Source: Xylographa opegraphella
Taxonomy: Eukaryota
Direction: 5' to 3'
DNA: 64,000 nt
NCBI GenBank assembly: GCA_022813865.1
Contig: JALDZX010000011.1
Coordinates: 1-64,000 of the forward strand
A program made the translations under genes and the position numbers. Numbering within the stretch: position 1 is the stretch's first letter; each line of letters begins with the position of its first letter. The notes under the pieces are model-generated. The model ran no database searches. It had not been told where the DNA came from and worked only from the letters and a program-made list of their open reading frames with translations. This document shows, piece by piece, positions 1 to 10,900 of the stretch.

Positions 1-542
1 GAATCGTAGGAATCGCTGTTACTGCTAACGTCGGGTGAGAAGTTTCTGCTGCTGTCGTGTTCATCGTTGGTGTCGTCTTGTGGTTGATGTACTTCAGAAT
101 CGTAGGATTCCTCTTGTTGAATTGATGTCGATGTCTCTGTATTAATAGGTACTCCAGAGGAAGAGGAAGAGGTGGTGTCTGAATCTGATTCGTAGGAAGA
201 CGACGAGGAAGAGTGATCATTGCTGTCATTTTGGGCTGTTGACGAAGTAGTGTTTTGAAGGTGCGTAAACACAGGTGTTATTGATGTCGTATGTGTTGAA
301 GCCTTGGATGATTTGGTTGGCAATAATCGACGCGAAATGGGACGTGTTGCTGTACTGTCTGCTTTTGCTCGTTGCTCACTGATAAATGCTTTGTCTCTGG
401 TGCAGCGAGGTCTGGTGCGTACGTGGTCAAGCAGAAGCTTCTTTGATGTAAAGTACTTGCTGCATCGTCGGCATTGATGCTGATTCTTCTGTGTTGATGA
501 TGAACTTTTGAAAGGGCTTCCAGAGGAAGCATGGGACTCCAT
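1..542 (-). CDS. First ORF of the copia element (3'-partial): N-terminal zinc-finger-like motif followed by a Ser/Asp-rich region
   Basis: Manual translation from ATG 542 stays open to the window edge (180 codons): MESHASSGSPFKSSSSTQKNQHQCRRCSKYFTSKKLLLDHVRTRPRC...SSSSSSYESDS...ESYDSE...DSYD. Absent from the ORF track because it has no stop in the window. Confidence 0.65.
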   Translation of the reverse strand, partial: MESHASSGSPFKSSSSTQKNQHQCRRCSKYFTSKKLLLDHVRTRPRCTRDKAFISEQRAKADSTATRPISRRLLPTKSSKASTHTTSITPVFTHLQNTTSSTAQNDSNDHSSSSSSYESDSDTTSSSSSGVPINTETSTSIQQEESYDSEVHQPQDDTNDEHDSSRNFSPDVSSNSDSYD

Positions 543-982
543 GGATAATCGTGCGATAGATCTGGAATAAGGCTATTTCAGTGCCTATACAGGTTGATCG
601 TTAGATCTGCGTATAGTAGCTTTCGTAGCTATATTCTACTTGAATGCTCTGATCGACTCGATGGTCTATGAAGGTAGGAATTTGACTGGCTCAGCGAAGA
701 GGTCAAATATCGAGGTTGACGGTTAGGTCGGTTGACAGTAAAGTCTGGTGACAATCAAGTCTGTGGCTAACCCGGGCTCATAACCTGTTGAAAGGTACGA
801 TGGGTACTGAAGCGCAGTGGTCATTCTAGCAGAATATATGGGTAAACAAGTGTGTTGTATTAGCTATGAACAACTACGAGACTATATGCTCGCGCACTAN
901 NNNNNNNNNNNNNNNNGCGGCCCGAGCTCTCGCTTAGCAGCTCTCGCTATCCTGCAGGCAGGCCGGGACTCTATTTCTAACA
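1..982 (-). mobile_element. Ty1/copia LTR retrotransposon, 5' end (5' LTR 786-982, PBS 774-785, internal region running off the left edge)
   Basis: On the minus strand the LTR starts TGTTAG (982) and ends CAACA (786), immediately followed by GGTTATGAGCCC (785-774), the typical fungal copia primer-binding site. The N-gap at 900-916 lies inside the LTR, so its length (~200 bp) is approximate. Confidence 0.8.
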
Positions 983-3900
983 GTTTATATATATATATAA
1001 ACAGATATCTGTCGTAGAAATTTCATACCTTAACGTATGAAAAATTTACGACGTTAAGAAAATTATTAAACTATTAAAAAAATAATTCTAAAATTTTCAA
1101 CAATATCGCGTTTTAGAACAAATAAAACGATGGCAAAAAAAGAATAAAAATAGTATTTTTGGCTATCGAAAAAAACTATTTAGCCTCAAACAATCGAAAT
1201 TTTATTATAATAAATTTAATAAATATTTTTTTATCAAGAAAAATATCGTTTAATAAATTATAATTAAAGCAAAAGTTATCGCGAATATAATGTTAAATAT
1301 TATTTTAATATTAATAAATGAATAAATTTTGAATTCGATTTTAAATGTAAAATTATTAAAACTATCGTTTGTTTTAAATTTTTATTAATAAAATTTTCAA
1401 ACAGGATTAAAAAAGTCGACTCTGGCGTTTCTTTACATATAATTAATTAATTTAAAATTTTTGTTGAACTTTTGGTCAAAATAAAAAGGCGTTAAATAAA
1501 GATTAAAAAAAGAAAATTATACATTAATTACATTAATACGATTATTATATAAAATGAAAAAAAATTATAAAATACTTTTAATTTTAATTTTTCATAATCT
1601 CGATTTTAATGTTTTTTTTCTAATAAACGAGTGTACGAGAAGGGCTTGCGTAGTAGTTTTAATAATACAAATTATATATATATATATAATCAAAACAATG
1701 ATTGGATAATTATTATTTATAAAAAAATTAGCGTATATATAATTAAAAAATAATAGAAAATTTAATATTTTTATTTTTAGTATTTTTACTGGCAGCAAAG
1801 TCGAGCGTTTATTATTTATTTAAAATATGAAAATGATTTAATTTTTAAATTAATCGACGTTTTTATGTTTCATTAAAAGTAATATAAATTATTAATTAAT
1901 AATAAGAATTTTACGTTTAAATAAAAAGAATTACGTCGTTTAAAAACAATATAGCTCGAAATATGAAATATATTTTTTAATATTATTATCTCGTATATTT
2001 AAAATACGTTTAAATAAAATAATTAAACGATCGAAATTATCGCTTTTTCAAAAAAAAATCATTAATAAAGTTTTTAAATTCGATTAAATAAATCGTTTTT
2101 AAAGTTTTTTTCATATTATTGATTAATACAAACTCTTTAATAAATGTTTAATTAAAAGAAAAAAACGTCGAATAAAAGTTAAAAAAATGATATATTAATT
2201 ACGCAGACACGATTATTATAAAGAAATTAAAGAAATTATAAAAAAATTAATTTTAATTTTAATACTAATTTCCGTTTAGCAAACGAATATAGGAAAAGGA
2301 TTTACGTAATAATTATAATACAAAACTATATATATAATTAAAACAGCAAATAATTAATTATTATTTGTAAAAAAAAATAACGTATTTATTATTTAAAGAA
2401 TAATAAAAAAATTAATATTTTTAGTTTTATTATTTTTATTCGTAGTAAACCGAGCGTATATTACTAATTTAAAATAACAAAACGACTTAACTTTTTAAAT
2501 TAGTTAACGTTTTTATATTCAATTAAAAATAATTTAAATTTCTAGCTAATAACATAAATTTTACGTTTAAATAAAAAAAATTCACGTCGTTTAAAAACAA
2601 TATAGTTTAAAATATTAGTTATTATTTATGATTATTATTTCGCGCATTTAAAAGACGTTAAAATAAACAATTTATATAAAATAACTAAGATTTAAAAATT
2701 AATGATTGTTTTGTAAACTATCGATAATATTTACGAAATTTACATATTTTTATTATTAAAATTAAAAAAATTAAATCGTAAATAAACGTAAACTTAAAAT
2801 TTTCGCTTTAATTTTATTTAATATATATAAAGCTTTATTAATATTTTGCGAAAGTTATTTTACCTTTTTTTATTATAAATAATTACTTTAAAAAATTCAA
2901 AATTTTTTATTAAAATAAAAATTAAACGCGATTATCGAAATAAACAAATTATAACGAATAATAAACTTTTAATTCAAAACTAAAACTATAGCTATGAAAC
3001 AATTTAAATATTTTTAAATTTAAATTTATTTTAAATAATTAAAAAATCGATATTAAAATCGATTCTTAATATATAATGTTTTATAAATTAATTTAAAATA
3101 ACGTTATCAAATAATTAATATTAATTTCTAAATATTTAATCAGCGTTATACTCAGAAATATAAGATTTTCCGTTGAATTTTGAACAAAAATTGAATTAAT
3201 TAACATTTATTTAAAAAATCGAATCGATATTAATTTTATAATTAACGGCAAGTTAATATCGCTTAAAGAATTTAATTAAATATTGTTTTCTGATATTAAA
3301 TATATTAAGGTTTAAAAATATAAATAGTATTTTTACGTTAATTTAAAATGATTATTTTCAAAAAGAAATTTATACCGCGCGATTGTATAAAAATATATAT
3401 AAAATACCTTAACGAAATCAATAAATAATAACGTTTATAAATTTAAAAATCCTAACGCGTTATTAAAAGTTACGCGGTAAAATTCAATGAAAATATATTT
3501 AAAAATTAATCGATTATTATTTTTTTATTCATTAAAAACTTTATAAAATTTTTCTATATATTATATGTAAATAATATAAATGTGGTGTGAATTAAAAAGA
3601 AATTTATTAAAAGATCTCGAAAGAAAATATTGAAATTTATAAAAAGTTTAAATAATTAATTACGTTTAAAAATGTATTAAATAAACCTTTTCGTTTATTT
3701 AAAAAACTTTTTATTGAATAATTAAATCTTTTATATATAACGATTTTCAAGCGAAACGTTTTAATCGATTAAAGTACTCAAAACGGGTTATTGATCGTCG
3801 AATTTTTTATTTATTTAATTATACAAAAGAATTAATAAAACCAATTTTAATAGTAATTGATTATTATTAATCTCTTTCGTTTGAATTTCAATAAAATTTA

Positions 3901-6780
3901 TTATTAAAAATTGGTTTTTTAATTTTAAAAGAAAACTTAATAAAACAGACTTTACTGATTTAAATTTAAAAACGATAAAAATGTTTTAAATTAATCTAAA
4001 GAATTTATTACCAAAAATTGAAAAGATCAATAATATGATATAATTAACGTTTTTAGCGAAAAACAATCGAAACGACAAATTAATTACGAAATTAAATATT
4101 GTTTTTATTCTATTAACGTATAAGAAGCGATTAACAATTTAAAATAAAAAAAATAAAAAATAAATCATAAACGCGAAAATTATCGCATTCGTATTTAACG
4201 AAGTTAAAAAACAGAATTTATTAAAAAACGTTAATATCATTATAAATATGTAAATATTTAAATCGAAGTTTTACATTAATATGTTAAACAATTTAATATA
4301 TTATTAAGCAGGATTTTAATTAATATAAAAAAGTATTAATTTATTAAAACAAAAATGGCGTAATTAATTTAAATTATCAAAAAGAATTAATGTATATGAA
4401 AAATTATAAAAAAATCGGCCGCGATAATAGATATTAATTATTATATAATCACTATTATCGCGATTTAAATTAATTTATTAATAACAAATATTAAAAAATT
4501 TTAATTTACGATTTATTAAATTTTTAAAATATCTTTAAAATTGTTCATTTATTATTCAATATAAACTCGATTGATTTTATATCGTATTAAATATTATTTT
4601 AAATTAAACAGCAATAATACGCGTAATAATTATAATAATTTTTATAATCAATTTAATTGCTTGTATAATTATTAGACGATTGTAATAAAAATATAATTAA
4701 ATTTTAAAATAAAATTTATTATTAAATACGAAAATAATACTCGTTAACGTAAAACTTTTAAAAAAATTCGTAAAAAGAATACTTTAAATATATACGCGGT
4801 ATCCCTCCCGTGCGAAAAAAAACGAATATTTTTATTTAATAATTTTAAAAATAATCGAAAAAATAATATATATTGTATAATTTAATAAAAAACGTATCAT
4901 ATATAACTTACGACTTGTACGATTGTTTTAAATATTATTATATTTATCAAAAAATGACGATTTTCTTATATGTTCATTAGCTCGAATATTATTTTAAAAT
5001 ATATATTAAATATTGCTAATTATATTTTAAAAATTAAATTAAACGATATAAAATTTAAAAAAGTTCAATTAATTTTAACGCTAGATATTTTTTACTACTA
5101 CGTAATAATAAACTTTATTCTCGCTTTGTTAAAAAATTATAATAAAAATATAACTGCTACCTTATTATAATATATAATTTCAATAAAAGATTTAATATAA
5201 TATCAAGAAAAAGTATTTATATAATAAAGAGTTAAATTAAAAAATTTTGGACATATTTTTAAATTATTGAATAATTTGTTTTGAAAGTTATATTTTTAAA
5301 TAAAAATAAGAAATTTTTATTAAAATTATAAAAAACCTTTTTCGAGTTTTAAAGATAAAATTGCTATATTTTATCGTATATTATTCTTAAATTAACGATT
5401 AATTGAAAAAATTAATTAAACTATCGAAATAATTTTATAATATATAATTCCGAAATTAACAATATTTAAGAATTAATCGAATTTTCTGCCGACTTTATAA
5501 ATAATTTTTAATCATTTAATTAATATAATAACTACGAAATTCGCCAACAAAATTACGCAAAAATATATTTAAACGAAAAATTGAATGTATTAAATTTAAC
5601 GAACTTTTTAACGAATCCTGGCGAAAAAAATGACGTATAATTTTTGACGATATAAAATAAAGGCAAAAAAAGTAATAACTTTTACGAATATATGAATAAA
5701 AAAAATATTATAATAAAAATATACTGCGATTTTCTTATTATTTAATCATTACGCGATGATTTGTTTATATAAAAAATATAATATTTTTATTATTTTTAAT
5801 AAAAAGAATTTATAATACGTAAAACCTTTTAAAATTTTTAAAAAAAATTTAACATATTAATTAAAACTTTTTATAAATTAAAAAATTTATTTAATTTTTA
5901 TAATCGTATAACTTGATTTTACATTAAATTTAAAGTTCGATTTTTAATATAAATTTATTCCTAATTGATTCGTAGTAATATATATGAATAATTATAAAAA
6001 TAAATTCTTTAAATTAAATCGATTATTAAATAAACGAGAAGAATATTTCGTAAAAAATTCGTCGTAAAATATTTAATTAAATAAAGAAAATACGAAAAAA
6101 AAATTTAAACGAGGCGCACGAGTTTATTAACGATTATAACAAAATTACAAAAAATATATATTTAATACACCTGGCCGAAAATAATTAAAATTAATAAAAA
6201 AAATATTAACGCGTTATTATTAACGAAAAAAAATTGATTAAAATTGATTTAAATATTTTATATTCGTTATAAATATTTATTTAACGTGAACGCTAAATTT
6301 TTCTTGATTAAACGGATTTATTACGGGTTTTAAATTTTAAATATTAATTTAAATTATATTTCTCTTTTTTACTCTATTTGTATATTTCAACGAGCTGTTA
6401 TTATATAATTGAACCTTTCTTTTAAAATTACAATTCAAAATTTTCACATTACTACAAATCACATATTTTATAATCAAGCGTTTATTTCATATCGCGGTTC
6501 GTATTTGATTTTTTTACTCGAGATTTTTATTCAGCAAAGTTTTTACTTCGTTTATTATTATAAATTTAATTTAAACGCGTTTTATATAATAAATTTTCAT
6601 TTTATAAAAATTCATTATTTTTTTAATTCACAAAAAATTTATATTGCAATATAATATTTTGTTAAATAACGTTATTTTCAATATATTAATACAAATATAA
6701 TTATTCATATAAAATATCAATAACATCCGAAATATTAATGCGAAATATAATGTCTCAATCGCTGATAAGATCAATGTAAA
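983..6780 (+). mobile_element. RIP-degenerated Ty3/gypsy (chromovirus-type) retrotransposon remnant
   Basis: Extremely AT-rich, no long ORFs. Motifs are recoverable by reversing C>T/G>A: RT YVDDI read as TAT GTA AAT AAT ATA (3564-3578); integrase SIDFI (~4567) and AYHPQTDGQSE.TNQT.E-like (~5375-5430); chromodomain YLIKW.GY-like (~6070-6095). RT then IN then chromodomain is the gypsy order. Ends are approximate. Confidence 0.75.
1625..2665 (+). repeat. Diverged ~390-bp direct repeat pair (~1625-2015 and ~2281-2665) inside the gypsy remnant
   Basis: AAACGAGTGTACGAGAAGGGCTTGCGTAGTAGTT vs AAACGAATATAGGAAAAGGATTTACGTAATAATT; both copies contain TTTTACGTTTAAATAAAAA..ACGTCGTTTAAAAACAATATAG. Most differences are transitions. 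Confidence 0.8.
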
Positions 6781-6942
6781 TTGTAGACTGTAGGTAATAC
6801 TTTTTTTTGGCGAGATGCACAACCCCTGAAGCTCGGTCGCGCTAAGAACGTTGATGATGGTCGGCTTCCAAAGTCTGAAGCAACTGCGTCAGCTGTCTAA
6901 AGTGGAGCGCTAAAGTACCCGTCAAAGTACCAGACATTATCA

Positions 6943-7830
6943 ATGGCATTGCGAATTGCCAAAGGAGCTGTCGGTTAGTATTTCTAATACGCTGTAGAGT
7001 CAACTTGCTGAAAACGTTCAGGCGTGGCTCGCCTTCAACCAGTCTCACTTCAGCGATCTTTACTTGTACGGTCCTTGCCTCTCACTGCTGTCAGATATGC
7101 GTCCAATGTGCCCGCAGAAGATCCCAAGAAGCGAGCTCAAACCATACTCGACTCTTTACCGGGCAACAGTCTGATCTCAAAAACAGCAATACTTTCTGCT
7201 GGCGCTGGACTCTCAATTTTCGGGATCAGCAATGAATTCCTGGTCATCAATGAGGAGACTGTAGTTGCATTTTGTTTACTGAGTGTATTTTGGGCTGTTG
7301 GGAAATATGGGGGACCAATGTACAGTGAATGGGCGGACGGACAGATCGCCAGAATGAAAGGCATCTTGAATTCTGCCCGTGAAGATCATACCTCGGCGGT
7401 CAAGTCAAGGATCCAGAATGTGAAGCAGCTAGGCAGCGTGATCGACGTGACTAAGCAGCTGTTCGAAGTTTCTAAGGTTAGCCAGTTAATAGTACTCAGG
7501 AGACTTGGCGCAGAATTGACAGGTAATAGGAAACAGCAACACTGGAAGCGAGGGCATTTGAGCTTGAGCAGAAGACTGCTCTTGTTCAAGAAGCCAAGCA
7601 GGTTCTGGATTCGTGGGTCCGCTATGAAGGACAAGTCAAACAGAGACAGCAAAGAGAACTAGCGGATAACATTATCGCTAAGATAACCAAAGAACTTGAA
7701 AATCCCAAGACCTTGCAACAGGTTCTCCAGCAAAGTATCGCTGATGTCGAGAGTGGGTAACGGTGTGATATGTTGTTCTACCGTGTACTAACTATATTCG
7801 CTAGGGATCGTATTGTCAAAAGCGGATTAG
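6943..7830 (+). CDS. ATP4: Mitochondrial ATP synthase F0 subunit b (subunit 4) precursor; exons 6943-6973, 7022-7476, 7530-7752, 7805-7830
   Basis: MALRIAKGAVGVARLQ presequence; DPKKRAQTILDSLPGNSLISKTAILS; NEETVVAFCLL; AFELEQKTALVQEAKQVLDSWVRYEGQVKQRQQRELA. GT-AG introns join in frame. Confidence 0.95.
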
Positions 7831-7998
7831 ATCAGCCTGCTGCCTCCATAGATAACAGTATTATCCATTCTCCTTTGCCTAAGACTTTTAAAGCTTCTTA
7901 CGGATTATGGCCTGGAGATTGAGTGTTCAATGCATAAAATTGAGATGCTAAAAGTCTTCTACCAAGTCTTGGGTCGCTTTGCTGCCGTCAGTGTGAAT

Positions 7999-9435
7999 TC
8001 AAGGTGGCACATACATCTCCTCCGCACCTGTGGGCCCGAACCCTCCCCAGCTACCAAAGCTTTCTCCGAATTTGACCCCTGCTTTGAGATAGAACATGTC
8101 ATGGTCACCCCAAGTTCTCGCAGCCTCTTTGATTGCCCGAAGACATTTAACGTAGTGAGCATCCATGGACCACTTCCCTTCAACTGCTTGCTTTTCGACC
8201 CAACACCAGTCCTTTCCCCCGAGGTCATAGTTAAGTACCGACTCTTCATCGATTGCTGGCCGCAGCTGCCCAATGTAGACCGCCAACGTGAGTAGCCACC
8301 ACTGACGAAGTAAGTTAATGTGATATTTGGCGGGTATCTCTGGTAACAAGATTCGAACTGCATGACTGGTTGTCAGGAGATGAACGAAAAAGAAATCATA
8401 TTGACTGGGGCCGCCTTCCCGGGTTGCGGCAAGCAATGCTGTTGCAGCACGTTGCGAGTCCTCAAATTGTTTAGTTGGGTTCGAAATTTCCCATGCATTC
8501 CAGTGTTCGAGGATTAATCCCTCATGATGTGTAAAAATCCTATCAATATTATCGCCTCCACGATGCTCAAATAAACCGTCAAAACTCTCATCGGCAGCAA
8601 CCCGCTCGAGTATCTCGAGTGCTGAATTGGTACAGAACGTTGAGTTACGGGTATACGAGGTCACGTCCAGATACTTATGCATGTAATTGTAAGAGGTGGC
8701 GGTGAGACCCAATGCCTCCATAGCGAGCTCCCGGCTGGAAAGCTCGTATGCGTAGCTAAGATGAATCAGAGGGTGTCCCACTGCCGAGGCTTAGTGAAGA
8801 TGCAAGACGGGCGAGTATTGGGAAGCATACAGCCGGTCACCAGACAGTTGATGAGAGGTTCCTCCCCTTTAAAGAGATAATTTTCGAGGACTTTCTGCCA
8901 TTCATACCCATTGAGCACAAGCTCGTCTTCAAAAAAGTCGATGTATGCTCGCTGGTACCTGTGATACGTCTATCAGTAAAGAGATCATAGGTACACAAAA
9001 ACATGAAGCGAGGCACACCGACGGTCACCAAGGTAATCTCTCCAATCGTAGGTCGAGACCTCGTTAGGAGAGTCTTCCCAGTCTTCAAGCTCTTTGGAAC
9101 CCTTCTCGTACACATCATTCAGATGGAGTGCTTTCGCACCTAGTAGATAGGCAGATCCCAAAATCTAAGGAATAGCCATGAGCTTTCAAGAGTAGTGCAA
9201 AAGGGAGTATACATACGTGGGGCATATGATTGTGAAATTGGAGCTGATGATAGATAATGGAGTGGTTGGCATGATTCAGCTTCAACAAATGCTTGAGTGT
9301 TCTTGTCCTTTTGTCGTGGCGAGCCTCGACGTTTTTGACCGCAACAGACTTAACATCAACGGCTGCACCTAAGCCGACTGCGACGCAGCGGGAAACAAAG
9401 AACGGATTTGAGAATATGGTGAAAGCAGAAAACAT
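7999..9435 (-). CDS. Questin oxidase / HypA (AflY-like, DUF4243) family protein, multi-exon
   Basis: RTLKHLLKLNHANHSIIYHQLQFHNHMPH; GHPLIHLSYAYELSSRELAMEAL; YDFFFVHLLTTSHAVRILLP; DAHYVKCLRAIKEAA. Internal exon boundaries not fully resolved. Confidence 0.8.
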
Positions 9436-9739
9436 GGCAGGCGCACTCCAAATTCGACGTGGGAGTCCGGCAGACCCAAGTATTAGGTATCTCAATTCAA
9501 TAAAGGATCAAGGCATATATGAGACGTAGGTATTTTCATGATAATGCGATGGTTATCTATCCGGACAATTTTACACATCTGATCTACCTTTGTCTCCTTG
9601 TACGGCCATTTATGCGTCGGATCGAAGCAATAGGGACCTTTAGCAAAAAAATCAACGTTTCTATACTTGGCCCAGAGCAGATAATTTAACCCGCTGTAAT
9701 TATACCCCATTAGGGTTCGGCCCTAGCACAACGTAGCGA

Positions 9740-10900
9740 ATTTGTTTCTTGATAAATTTTTATAAATACAATATTTAAACAGTAATTAATATAATAAGCG
9801 AGTTATCTCTGATATTTTAAATAATTAAATAATATCGACAGTATTATTACTTGTAAAGTAAACGCTTGACTATGAAATTTATAATTGTATAGTAATATAA
9901 ACAAGCTGAATTGTAACTATGAAAAGAAAAGCTTTATTATATAATGACTCGCTAAAATGTGCAAATAAAGCAAAAAAAAGTATAAATCAAGTTAAAATTC
10001 AAAATTCAGAACCCGTGACAATTTTAATTAAATTAATTTTTTTAATAATCTATTTATTTTATTTTATTTTAATTCATTTCAATAATTTTTTACGACATTA
10101 ATACGCTTCAAAAACGCGAAATAAAATTGATATTCATTATATTAAAAATATTATTAACGAATATTAAAATACGTTTAATATTTTATTCGATATTAAAATA
10201 TTTTTTTAAAATAATAAATGCTAAAATTATGAATTTCTTATATTAAAATACTTCGATATTTAATTTATTATATATTTAAGCAAAGTTTTAATCAATATAG
10301 AAAAAAATATTAACCTATTAAAATAAAAATAATATATTTAATTTAAATTATTAAAAAGATTTAATATATTATAAAAATCGTAAAAAATGAACCGCGATAA
10401 TATTCATTAATTATTTCGCGATTATTATTATCGCGATTTGAATTATAATTTATTAATTATAAATGTTAAGAAATTTAATTTATACTTTATTAAAACTTTA
10501 AAATTTATTTAAAATTTAAAATTTATTATTAAATATAAATTCGACGGATTTTATATGGTATTAAATATTATTTTTGAATTAAATAACGACGATATGCATA
10601 GCGATGACGATAATCTTTATAATATATTTAATTATTTACATAATTATTAAATATTAACAATAAAAATATAACAATCTCACATCGAAGATATCAATTCTTG
10701 AAAAGCACTTAAATAATTTTTTTGTATTTTACGAGTATATATACCGTCGAATTTACGCCAGTTTCTTTCGCGATAAAAAACCCGTTGAAAGTTTTAAATC
10801 AAAAGTGTTTGTGCTGATCGAATATTGATTAGTAGTTAAACAATAACGAAAGCTATATAAATACGTTTATTAAAAATATTAATATAGTTTTTTTATTATA
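9740..10900. mobile_element. RIP-degenerated AT-rich repeat DNA, family unassigned (may include the LINE 5' UTR)
   Basis: Same AT-rich, CpG-retaining composition as the flanking TE remnants; no motif recognised. Confidence 0.45.

Noticed and set aside
983..6780. Mitochondrial insertion (NUMT) or AT-rich contaminant next to ATP4
   Set aside because: Retrotransposon motifs are recoverable in gypsy order, and no mitochondrial gene or tRNA is recognisable.
9710..9726. TTAGGG-containing small hairpin at the edge of the AT-rich block
   Set aside because: A single telomere-like hexamer with a 5-bp stem is expected by chance.
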